Origin: an uncultured bacterium
GTDB lineage: Bacteria > Spirochaetota > B62-G9 > DRHN01
Direction of reading: 5' to 3'
Assembly (NCBI GenBank): GCA_965603595.1
Contig: CBFDDP010000002.1
Coordinates: 847-64,846 of the forward strand
Length of the DNA: 64,000 nucleotides
In this document: positions 1-7,924 of the stretch, one piece after another
Position numbering within the stretch: the first letter of the stretch is position 1
Layout of the letters: the number at the start of each line of letters is the position of its first letter
Notes under the pieces: generated by a model
Told to the model about the DNA's origin: nothing
The model's database searches: none
The model's input: only the letters and a program-made list of their open reading frames with translations
Translations under genes and position numbers: made by a program

Positions 1-1
1 T

Positions 2-382
2 GGCACCAACACCTTACAGCTTGCCTACCGAGGTATCCCCGCACTGGTTGTTGCACCGGCAAACAAGCCCGAGATCGTACCGATCGAGGGAGCTGCCAAC
101 ATGGTGAAGTTGATTCCCCTTGCGGGTAAACTGCTGGTTCGCATGGCCATAAAATCCTACATCAAACGCTATCCTCTCACCGCACTCCCAAACATATACA
201 TGAATGCAGAGATACTGCCCGAGCTCGTCGGAGTGCTTGAAACAGATGATATCACCCGGAAGATTCAGGAGCTTTTAACGGGTGATGCCCTCGCGAAAAT
301 AGGGGAAAGGCTTTCCTGTTTTCAATTCGATGCCAATCCCGTAGATATAATCGTACGGGAAGTCTGGGGAAGCCCCTCATAA
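2..382 (+). CDS. lpxB: Lipid-A-disaccharide synthase (LpxB, GT19), C-terminal fragment. The 5' end lies upstream of the window.
   Basis: An open frame (phase 2) runs in from the window edge, containing the listed 93-aa ORF. The translation GTNTLQLAYRGIPALVV...LPNIYMNAEILPELVG resembles the LpxB C-terminal motifs (SGTAxLExxL..PMVV.YR...SLPNLLAGRELVxELLQ). Confidence 0.5.
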   Translation, partial: GTNTLQLAYRGIPALVVAPANKPEIVPIEGAANMVKLIPLAGKLLVRMAIKSYIKRYPLTALPNIYMNAEILPELVGVLETDDITRKIQELLTGDALAKIGERLSCFQFDANPVDIIVREVWGSPS

Positions 383-469
383 CCTTCTGGGGGGGTACCT
401 GTCAGCAACCACACAAGTTTGTATACGCCTCCAGTGATGCCCGGCGGCAACATACTGGCGTTTTTTAGC

Positions 470-496
470 TTGACAAAAAAAAATGCATGGTATACA
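470..496 (+). promoter_or_regulatory. Putative sigma70-type promoter for the ABC transporter operon (TTGACA -35 at 470-475, TATACA -10 at 491-496).
   Basis: A perfect TTGACA hexamer, 15-16 nt from a TATACA/ATACAA box, about 50 nt upstream of the binding-protein ATG. Confidence 0.3.
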
Positions 497-545
497 AAGG
501 CATGGGGGGAATTATGGCTAATTTCAATAGAAAGGAGATTCAACG

Positions 546-1541
546 ATGAAGAACAAAAAGTTAATGGTCATCGCGCTTGTGACCCTTTTCTGCTTTACAG
601 TCATGGTTCCAAGCATGCTCTTTGCAAAGGATGACAAACCGGGCAAGGGGATGTACTTTCGCCTTGTCACACACGGCGGCAACGACCCCTTCTGGGCAGT
701 CTTCCAGCAGGGGATGAGAGATGCTGCCAACGAGCTTGGCTGCAGGGCTGACATCGATCTCGCGGGTTCTGATCTCCAGCTCCAGCAGAAACGATTTCAG
801 GAAGCAGTGGCAATGAGGCCCGATGGAATAGCGCTTGTTATCAATAACAACACGATGTGGGACAAGCCCGTTGCCGATGCCATCGCCAAGGGCATCCTCG
901 TCATCGGCACCAACAACGATGATGAGCAGGGATCGGCTGGCAATGCCAGGCTCGCCTACATCGGGCAGAACGAACGGCGTGCCGGATTGATGATCGGACG
1001 TGCGGTATTGGAGGCTGCCAAGAAATCGGGCAAGAACATGTCGAACCTCAAGGTCGCCGCAGCGGTAGAGGTTCCCGGTGCCAACTACGGTGTCGTCAGG
1101 AGTTCGGGAATCAAGGATGCAATGATAGAATATGGCGTAAAGGGAGACATAGAAATAGTCGACGCAACACTGGAAATGACCACCGCAGAGTCGAGAATCA
1201 CCTCCTATGTGATTGCGAATCCTGACATCGACTGTCTCTTCGGTCTTGGCGGCATCACAACCGACAGAATCACCTCGGCACTGAAGAACGCCAGGAAGAA
1301 ACCGGGACAGGTCCTTGCCGGCGGATTCGATGCCGCACCGGGTACGCTGACCGGCCTCGAGACCAACTACATGGTCGCCTCGATCGATCAGCAGCAGTAC
1401 CTGCAGGGCTACTTCTCGGTGTATGTGCTCTATCTGATGAAGAATTACGGATTTGCACCTCAGATCGACACCGGCGGTTACCTCATCACCAAGGACAACA
1501 TCGAACTGATCAAGAAACTGTCACCGAAACACATCAGGTAA
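546..1541 (+). CDS. Periplasmic sugar-binding protein of an ABC transporter (periplasmic binding protein / LacI-like fold, ribose/xylose type), with a signal peptide.
   Basis: N-terminal hydrophobic signal sequence (MKNKKLMVIALVTLFCFTVMVPSMLFA). Peripla_BP-like composition with the typical GGNDPFW and GTNNDD segments. First gene of an ABC operon. Confidence 0.8.
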   Translation: MKNKKLMVIALVTLFCFTVMVPSMLFAKDDKPGKGMYFRLVTHGGNDPFWAVFQQGMRDAANELGCRADIDLAGSDLQLQQKRFQEAVAMRPDGIALVINNNTMWDKPVADAIAKGILVIGTNNDDEQGSAGNARLAYIGQNERRAGLMIGRAVLEAAKKSGKNMSNLKVAAAVEVPGANYGVVRSSGIKDAMIEYGVKGDIEIVDATLEMTTAESRITSYVIANPDIDCLFGLGGITTDRITSALKNARKKPGQVLAGGFDAAPGTLTGLETNYMVASIDQQQYLQGYFSVYVLYLMKNYGFAPQIDTGGYLITKDNIELIKKLSPKHIR

Positions 1542-1737
1542 CGGTAACGATGAAATAGTCATTGATTCCAACTGCACTGGCCCCGAGTCTCACGGCTCGG
1601 GGCCCGATTTTCAACCGCAGTTTTTAGCGGGTTATGTGTGCAGGAGCACTGCGGCCTATTCGTGGACACTCGATGAGTGGTTGAGTAGCAGGAGGATATT
1701 TCCAAAAACCCTATCCGGGGAAAGGAATGGTTATTTC

Positions 1738-2712
1738 ATGCAACGTTTTTTTAATCGTTTTTTTTCTTTCAGGGCATCATTTACGCTTGTCGTTTTTATT
1801 GCACTGCTCATCTTTTTCGGTATATTTTCCGCCGACCACAGCTTCTTCAAGGCGGCAAATCTTACAGCAATGACACGGCTCGCACCAGACCTGGGACTCG
1901 TCGCCCTCGGTGTCGGGTTGCTCATGATCGCAGGGGAGTTCGATCTCTCCGTTGCATCAACCATACCACTCAGCTCCTTTGTGTTTGTTAAACTACTCAG
2001 CTGGGGAACTCCACTCATATTCTGCCTGCTCGTGACCTTCTTCGCGGGTGCGCTCGTCGGATTCCTGAACGGTATGATAGTCACAAAGACGAAGCTCCCC
2101 TCCTTCATCGTGACGCTGGGCACCATGCTCTTCTGGCGCGGGCTCGTCTATGCGGCCTCGCGCATGATGCCTATCGGTATACGTGCATGGCTCGATTTCG
2201 GATCATGGATCGAAAAGATGTTTGTGGGGAGTGTGTTCGGTGTGATCCCGGTTCAGATACTCTGGCTTCTGTTCTTCGCAATCGTCCTCGGTTTTCTTCT
2301 TCACTTCAATAAGTTCGGCAACTGGGTCTATGTGACCGGCGATAATGTGACCGCAGCCCGTGCAATGGGCGTAAACACGGACGGAGTTAAAATCACCTGT
2401 TACATGATCGTCGGCTTCCTGTGCGCTTTCATGGGCATGATGCAGAATATACGTATCGAATCCTTTGCCGCAAATCAGGGTGTCGGTTTCGAACTCAAGG
2501 CGATTGCTTCCTCAGTTGTGGGGGGAACAGTGCTCAGCGGCGGCATCGGGAGCATACCGGGTATATTCCTGGGAACGCTCACCATACATATAATCGAAAA
2601 TGGCCTCATACTCATGGGTGCGCCTCCCTTCGGTATCAGTGCCTTTATCGGTGCGGCTATCATCATATTTGCGGTACTCAACGTTGCCGCGGCCCGCGTA
2701 AGCGGCAAATAA
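1738..2712 (+). CDS. ABC transporter permease (RbsC/BPD_transp_2 family).
   Basis: Multiple TM segments and the conserved LMIAGEFDLSVAS motif. Start chosen at the ATG at 1738 (MQRFF...), which is preceded by GGAAAGGA. The longer ORF from 1636 has no RBS. Confidence 0.85.
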   Translation: MQRFFNRFFSFRASFTLVVFIALLIFFGIFSADHSFFKAANLTAMTRLAPDLGLVALGVGLLMIAGEFDLSVASTIPLSSFVFVKLLSWGTPLIFCLLVTFFAGALVGFLNGMIVTKTKLPSFIVTLGTMLFWRGLVYAASRMMPIGIRAWLDFGSWIEKMFVGSVFGVIPVQILWLLFFAIVLGFLLHFNKFGNWVYVTGDNVTAARAMGVNTDGVKITCYMIVGFLCAFMGMMQNIRIESFAANQGVGFELKAIASSVVGGTVLSGGIGSIPGIFLGTLTIHIIENGLILMGAPPFGISAFIGAAIIIFAVLNVAAARVSGK

Positions 2713-2732
2713 ACGGTTTTCAGGAGAATGAA

Positions 2733-3530
2733 ATGAGTGATCAAAAATTCCCTGCTGCAAAGAAGGCGTCAATAAAAAGTGCGAAAAAGGATGCTCCGAT
2801 TGTCAGGATGGTCGATATCGACAAGTGGTTCGGCAAGGTATGCGCCTTGAGGAATATTGACTTTCATGTGAACCAAGCTGAGATAGTCGGTCTGGTGGGT
2901 GACAACGGTGCGGGAAAATCCACGCTGATCAAGGTACTGTCGGGCTTCCACCGCGCTGATAAAGGGGAGATCTTCTTTGAGGGAAACCGGGTAAACTTCA
3001 ACAGTCCGAAGGATGCAAAGCGGCTTGGTATAGAAACTGTGTATCAGGAGCAGGCCCTCGCGCCCCACGTTTCCATCGCCCGGAACGTATTCATGGGAAG
3101 GGAACCCACCAGGGGTCTCGGTTTTATGGACCGGAAGAAGATGGATGAGGAGAGCATGGGCGCAATCACCAAACTGGGGCTCCGCATCAAGGATCCGGAA
3201 GCGGTGGTTGAGGCCCTCTCCGGCGGACAGCGGCAGGGAGTGGCAATTGCCCGTGTGCTCTACTTTGAGGCAAAGCTGGTCATACTCGATGAGCCAATCA
3301 TCGCGCTTTCCGTCAAGGAGTCGCAGCAGGTACTTGGTTTCACACAGCAGCTCAAGGCCCAGGGCATCTCGGTCATTTTTATCACGCATAATATATTTCA
3401 TGTTTTCCAGGTGGCCGACCGGTTTTTCATACTATCACACGGCGAGGCGTTGGCCGATGTGAAGAAGGAAGATACGAATATCGATCATCTCATTGAGCTG
3501 ATCGTGAGCGGCACGCTGGAGAAGATGTGA
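2733..3530 (+). CDS. ABC transporter ATP-binding protein with a single nucleotide-binding domain.
   Basis: Walker A GDNGAGKST, signature LSGGQRQ, Walker B ILDEP and H-loop ITHN. The ATG at 2733 is preceded by CAGGAGAA. The listed longer ORF from 2421 overlaps the permease and is rejected as the start. Confidence 0.85.
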   Translation: MSDQKFPAAKKASIKSAKKDAPIVRMVDIDKWFGKVCALRNIDFHVNQAEIVGLVGDNGAGKSTLIKVLSGFHRADKGEIFFEGNRVNFNSPKDAKRLGIETVYQEQALAPHVSIARNVFMGREPTRGLGFMDRKKMDEESMGAITKLGLRIKDPEAVVEALSGGQRQGVAIARVLYFEAKLVILDEPIIALSVKESQQVLGFTQQLKAQGISVIFITHNIFHVFQVADRFFILSHGEALADVKKEDTNIDHLIELIVSGTLEKM

Positions 3531-3568
3531 TCCCCTGAAGGAACAATGTATGAAGAGGGAAGGAGTAT

Positions 3569-4576
3569 ATGGCAGAAAAAGCTTCGAGGAAAAATAAATT
3601 GGGAAGCGCCCTGTTACGGATGCGCGCCCTGAGCGTGTTTATTATTTTCGTACTGCTATTCATCGTGTTTGCCGTATTCTCGCCCGGTCACCGGTTCAGC
3701 AGCGGGGAAAACATGCAGATATTCATGTCCATTGGTGCGGAGTTCAATATCGTGGCAATCGTGGTGGGCATGCTCATGATTGCCGGCGAGTTCGATCTCT
3801 CGGTTGGCTCGATACTCGTGTTTTCAAGCTGGAACTTCTACGTGCTGTACAATGCGGGTGTGCATATACTGCTTACATTCATACTGGTTCTCTGCATCGG
3901 CGGCGTCGTTGGTTTTATCAACGGTATCATCACCGTGAAGGCAAAGATACCCTCATTCATCACCACACTGGGAACAATGCTGTTGTGGCGGGGTGTGACG
4001 CTGATGTGGTCGGGGGGCCTGCAGGCAGGCATGGACCTGGAGCAGAACCCGATCATGTACAAGGCAATTACCGGTTCCATTGGCAACCTCATCCCTGCGC
4101 AGTTCCTATGGTTTCTCCTGATCGCGCTCATTATTGCCCTGGTCATGCACTTTCACAAGTTCGGCAACTGGATCTTCACCACCGGCGACAACAAGATGGC
4201 TGCACGGGCCATGGGAATCAATACTGACCGCATCAAGATCATCTGCTTCATGGTTGTGGGCACTGCAGTCGCCTTTGTGGCTGTCATGCAGATGTACAGG
4301 GCGAGCACCTTTTCAGCCCGTGCAGGTGACGGATGGGAGCTCAAAGCCATTGCCGCTTCCGTGGTTGGCGGGACGGCACTTACCGGCGGTATAGGGAGTA
4401 TGATGGGTATATTCTGGGGTGCCCTGGTTATCTCAATTATCGAGAACGGGCTTATCTTTTTGAGAATCAACTACTGGTGGATCTTTACCGTGTTCGGGGT
4501 GATTATCGTATCTACAGCTATCATATCCAAGTATCTCGAGCAGCGACGCGTTATGGCGGGCGCGGAAAAAACCTGA
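3569..4576 (+). CDS. Second ABC transporter permease (RbsC/BPD_transp_2 family).
   Basis: LMIAGEFDLSVGS motif and multiple TM helices. Paralogous to the 1738..2712 permease. A GGGAAGGAG RBS lies upstream. Confidence 0.85.
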   Translation: MAEKASRKNKLGSALLRMRALSVFIIFVLLFIVFAVFSPGHRFSSGENMQIFMSIGAEFNIVAIVVGMLMIAGEFDLSVGSILVFSSWNFYVLYNAGVHILLTFILVLCIGGVVGFINGIITVKAKIPSFITTLGTMLLWRGVTLMWSGGLQAGMDLEQNPIMYKAITGSIGNLIPAQFLWFLLIALIIALVMHFHKFGNWIFTTGDNKMAARAMGINTDRIKIICFMVVGTAVAFVAVMQMYRASTFSARAGDGWELKAIAASVVGGTALTGGIGSMMGIFWGALVISIIENGLIFLRINYWWIFTVFGVIIVSTAIISKYLEQRRVMAGAEKT

Positions 4577-4655
4577 CTGCTGAGAATGATCAGTTATCCT
4601 TCGATACTCAAGATCTGGACAGGAAGGGGGATGGAAAAAAGCTGAAAAAATATGG

Positions 4656-4684
4656 TTGACAAAAAAGAGTATACATACTAAGAA
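4656..4684 (+). promoter_or_regulatory. Putative promoter for the trpB2 leader transcript (TTGACA -35 at 4656-4661, 17-nt spacer, TAAGAA -10-like).
   Basis: A perfect -35 hexamer with a weak -10, about 35 nt upstream of the leader peptide ATG. Confidence 0.3.
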
Positions 4685-4717
4685 TAGTTTCAATCCTATA
4701 CAAGGGCTGTTCGATAC

Positions 4718-4777
4718 ATGAAGTCAGCACTGTTTAACATCGTGGTTGATTGGTGGTGGTGGACCGGCTCCCGGTAG
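4718..4777 (+). CDS. Trp-operon-type leader peptide of 19 aa, MKSALFNIVVDWWWWTGSR, with four consecutive Trp codons.
   Basis: ATG at 4718. TGG TGG TGG TGG at 4751-4762. TAG at 4775-4777. Immediately followed by alternative hairpins and a terminator upstream of trpB2. Confidence 0.6.
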   Translation: MKSALFNIVVDWWWWTGSR

Positions 4778-4846
4778 GAGTGGTCCATCCGGTTCGAAGA
4801 ACTGCACCGTGGACTTCTCCACCGGGAGAAGCCCACGGTTTTTTTG
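4745..4846 (+). promoter_or_regulatory. Transcription attenuator with Trp-codon control: segments 1:2 pause/anti-antiterminator, 2:3 antiterminator, 3:4 terminator.
   Basis: TGGACC (4759-4764, overlapping the Trp codons) can pair with GGTCCA (4783-4788). GGAGTGGTCCA (4778-4788) is nearly complementary to TGGACTTCTCC (4810-4820). Terminator: CCGTGGACTTCTCC (4807-4820), ACCG, GGAGAAGCCCACGG (4825-4838), then TTTTTTT (4839-4845). Confidence 0.55.
4807..4846 (+). terminator. Rho-independent attenuator terminator (14-bp imperfect stem plus a U7 tract).
   Basis: Inverted repeat CCGTGGACTTCTCC / GGAGAAGCCCACGG followed by TTTTTTT. Confidence 0.6.
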
Positions 4847-4855
4847 TGTACTAGA

Positions 4856-4886
4856 GGCCGTGGGATACACATCCCGCGGCTTTTTT
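4856..4886 (+). terminator. Second, tandem hairpin plus U-tract downstream of the attenuator.
   Basis: GCCGTGGGA (4857-4865), loop, TCCCGCGGC (4872-4880, one mismatch), then TTTTTT (4881-4886). A further perfect hairpin GTGCGCCC/GGGCGCAC lies at 4892-4911. Confidence 0.4.
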
Positions 4887-4972
4887 AAATTGTGCGCCCG
4901 GCAGGGCGCACCATCTGGAAAGAGGCACACATTTTTGAGGGTGTATATAAATCTTTATTGAAGGAGAGTGCA

Positions 4973-6337
4973 ATGGAAAGAACAAAGTATGTTCTGGACG
5001 AAAAGGATTTACCAACGAAGTGGTACAACATTCAGGCGGACCTTCCTGAGCCCCTGCCCCCGCCACTCCATCCGGGAACAGGACAGCCCCTCGGACCGGA
5101 GGATCTGGCTCCCCTGTTTCCCATGGAGCTCATTAAGCAGGAGGTGAGTCAGGAGCGATTCATCGAGATTCCCGAGGAGGTGCTCGATATCTACAAGCTG
5201 TGGCGCCCCACGACTCTGTTCAGGGCCCGCAGGCTCGAGAAGGCCCTCGATACCCCGGCCAAGATCTACTACAAGTACGAGGGGACAAGCCCTCCCGGCA
5301 GCCACAAGCCCAATACCTCTGTACCGCAGGTCTACTACAGCATGAAGGAGGGGATCAAGCGGATTTCCACAGAAACAGGTGCAGGTCAGTGGGGAAGCTC
5401 TCTTGCCTTTGCTGGCGCATGTTTCAATGTTGATATCAAGGTGTATATGGTACGTATTTCCTACAATCAAAAGCCCTATCGCCGGGTCATGATGCAGACA
5501 TGGGGTGCGGAGTGCGTTCCGTCGCCTTCACCGGACACGAATGCCGGAAGGAGCATGCTCGAGCGTGATCCTGACTGCCCCGGAAGCCTCGGGCTTGCCA
5601 TTTCAGAGGCTGTAGAGGATGCCGTGTCCCGCGAAGATACCCATTATTCTCTCGGGAGCGTTCTCAACCATGTGCTGCTGCATCAGACCGTTGTCGGTCT
5701 CGAGGCAAAGGCCGTGCTCGAGGATATCGGCGACTATCCCGACATTCTGGTCGGCTGTGTGGGAGGAGGTTCGAATTTTGCGGGGCTATTCCTGCCCTTC
5801 CTGAAGGACAAGATCGATGGCAAGAAGCCGGACCTGCGTGTCGTCAACGTGGAACCTGCGAGCTGCCCCACTCTGACAAGAGGGCCCTACGCCTACGATT
5901 TCGGTGATGAGGCAGGACTCACACCCCTGTTGAAGATGTTTACCTTGGGGCACGGTTTTATCCCACCGCCCGTGCATGCGGGGGGTTTGCGCTATCACGG
6001 CATGGCGCCCATCGTCTGCCATCTGCTGAACATCGGACTGGTCGAGGCAGTGGCCATACATCAGCTCGAAACCTTCGAGGCAGGCATCACCTTTGCGAAG
6101 AACGAGGGGATCATCGCAGCGCCTGAAACCGACCACGCGATCAGGACAACTATCATAGAAGCTCTGAAGTGCAAGGAGACGGGAGAAAAGAAGACCATAC
6201 TCTTCAACTGCAGCGGCCACGGTCACTTCGACATGAGTGCCTATGAAGCATACCTGGCAGGCAAGCTGCATGATTACGAGTACCCACAGGAAAAAATCGA
6301 GCAGGCACTCAAGGACCTTCCGAAGGTCCCTTCCTGA
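4973..6337 (+). CDS. trpB: TrpB2-type tryptophan synthase beta-like PLP enzyme (stand-alone indole-scavenging type).
   Basis: The [28 protein letters not shown]-terminus is typical of the TrpB2 family. PLP-enzyme motifs ([14 protein letters not shown]) are present. The ATG at 4973 sits behind a perfect AAGGAGA RBS. The listed longer ORF from 4892 has no RBS. Confidence 0.85.
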   Translation: MERTKYVLDEKDLPTKWYNIQADLPEPLPPPLHPGTGQPLGPEDLAPLFPMELIKQEVSQERFIEIPEEVLDIYKLWRPTTLFRARRLEKALDTPAKIYYKYEGTSPPGSHKPNTSVPQVYYSMKEGIKRISTETGAGQWGSSLAFAGACFNVDIKVYMVRISYNQKPYRRVMMQTWGAECVPSPSPDTNAGRSMLERDPDCPGSLGLAISEAVEDAVSREDTHYSLGSVLNHVLLHQTVVGLEAKAVLEDIGDYPDILVGCVGGGSNFAGLFLPFLKDKIDGKKPDLRVVNVEPASCPTLTRGPYAYDFGDEAGLTPLLKMFTLGHGFIPPPVHAGGLRYHGMAPIVCHLLNIGLVEAVAIHQLETFEAGITFAKNEGIIAAPETDHAIRTTIIEALKCKETGEKKTILFNCSGHGHFDMSAYEAYLAGKLHDYEYPQEKIEQALKDLPKVPS

Positions 6338-6364
6338 TCAGGGAATAGTTGAGACTCACCATCA

Positions 6365-6403
6365 GGGCAGGGGGGGAGCACTCTTTCCTGCCCGATTATT
6401 TTT
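6365..6403 (+). terminator. Rho-independent terminator after trpB2.
   Basis: GGGCAGG (6365-6371), 15-nt loop, CCTGCCC (6387-6393), then GATTATTTTT. Confidence 0.55.
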
Positions 6404-6511
6404 CAGCTCCTCCATCCCCTGGAACTGAAGCCGGGATATTGACAAATAATCCATTTTGTGTATCGTTTAGAGTGATACGGGAGCATATCAGCAACCGTGA
6501 GGGTGTACTTC

Positions 6512-7762
6512 ATGGACAGAAATGATGAGAAGCGGGACATGAGCCTGGAGGAGCTTGACCTTCTCAACCAAATCGGTAGGGAGTTCTCCTCAACGCTCGA
6601 TCTCGAAAACGTGATAGGCCGTGTGATGAGCAGGGTAAAGGAGGTGCTCTGCTGTGAGGCGAGCTCGGTCATCCTGTACGATGAGGTGAAGGATTCGCTT
6701 GTCTTCTATGCAGCATCGGGGGCAGGGGCACATGATATCATGGGACTCGCTATCCCCCGGGGAAAGGGCATTGCAGGCTGGGTATACAGCCAGGGGACGC
6801 CTCTTGTCGTGGATGATGTGGCCCATGACGAGCGATTCTATTCTGGTATCGATCGGATAACCGGTGTGGAGACGAAATCCCTTGTCTGTGTTCCGATCAT
6901 GAAGAAAAGCCACATGCTCGGTGTACTGGAGGGAATCAACAAACAGGGAAGCCCCTTCGACCAGAAGGATGTGGCTATGCTCACAGCTATATCTCAGCTC
7001 GCTGCAATATCAATCGAAAACTCCAGGATACACAGCAACCTCGAAGAGAGCAACCGTGAGCTCCGCCTGCTGAACCGTGAAATGGAGGAGTTTGTACACA
7101 TGGTCTCCCACGACCTGCAAACTCCGCTCGCCTCAATCGAGGGGTACACCGGCCTCATACGGTCTGAAATGGGAGAGCAGTTGAGTAAAGGGAACACACT
7201 GCGGGGGTATCTGCAGAGAATCGAGGAAAACAGCAGGGATATGCTCCAGTTCGTACGGCGGCTGCTCGAATACGGCAGGCTGCAGCACAGTAAGATAGTT
7301 ATTGATGAGTTTAATCCGCTCGGTATACTGCATGAGGTGCTCACACTTCTCAGTGGAGAAATCGAGGAGAGAAATGCAAAGGTGCTTCACCCGAAACGCA
7401 TGCCCGTCATACGCTATGACCGTCATCTTTTTCATCATATCCTGCTCAACCTCATTCAGAACAGTCTCAAATATGCACACGACACACTTCCCAGACTGAT
7501 CATCGAAATAGGCGTGCACAGGGAGGAGTATGCCTATCACTTCTTTGTGCGGGACAACGGCCCCGGACTTTCCGATGAGGAGCAGCGGAAGGTTTTCAAT
7601 TTATACGAACGGGGTGAAGGAAGGGAGGTCTCCGGCGGCCACGGAATCGGTCTTGCATTCGTGAAGAAGGCAGTACAGCTTCTGAACGGCACTGTGTGGA
7701 TCGAGAGCAGGCAGGGCGGGGGAACCACCTTCTACTTCTCCGTGCAGCGTCCACGGCTGTAG
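6512..7762 (+). CDS. GAF-domain sensor histidine kinase (GAF, HisKA, HATPase_c).
   Basis: GAF-like N-terminal half. H-box MVSHDLQTPL. C-terminal N/G1/G2 boxes (NLIQNSLKYA, DNGPGL, GHGIGL). The ATG at 6512 is in frame with an alternative GTG at 6497. Confidence 0.8.
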   Translation: MDRNDEKRDMSLEELDLLNQIGREFSSTLDLENVIGRVMSRVKEVLCCEASSVILYDEVKDSLVFYAASGAGAHDIMGLAIPRGKGIAGWVYSQGTPLVVDDVAHDERFYSGIDRITGVETKSLVCVPIMKKSHMLGVLEGINKQGSPFDQKDVAMLTAISQLAAISIENSRIHSNLEESNRELRLLNREMEEFVHMVSHDLQTPLASIEGYTGLIRSEMGEQLSKGNTLRGYLQRIEENSRDMLQFVRRLLEYGRLQHSKIVIDEFNPLGILHEVLTLLSGEIEERNAKVLHPKRMPVIRYDRHLFHHILLNLIQNSLKYAHDTLPRLIIEIGVHREEYAYHFFVRDNGPGLSDEEQRKVFNLYERGEGREVSGGHGIGLAFVKKAVQLLNGTVWIESRQGGGTTFYFSVQRPRL

Positions 7763-7924
7763 GACATTGTCTTCGCGAATCGCTGTACGGGGTAAACTGT
7801 CCGCACCTGTACGATGCTTCCTGTAAGAAAGTTGCCACAGCTTTGTTTCGACTTCAGTTCATGACCAGTTGAAAACTCGACAGCTACTTTATATATTATG
7901 GGGGGAGGTACCGGGAGACAATCA

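Noticed and set aside
2421-2732. An upstream extension of the ABC ATPase ORF (369 aa) overlapping the permease.
   Set aside because: The extension is Cys/Arg/His-rich nonsense in the permease shadow. The conserved ABC N-terminus begins at the ATG at 2733, which has an RBS.
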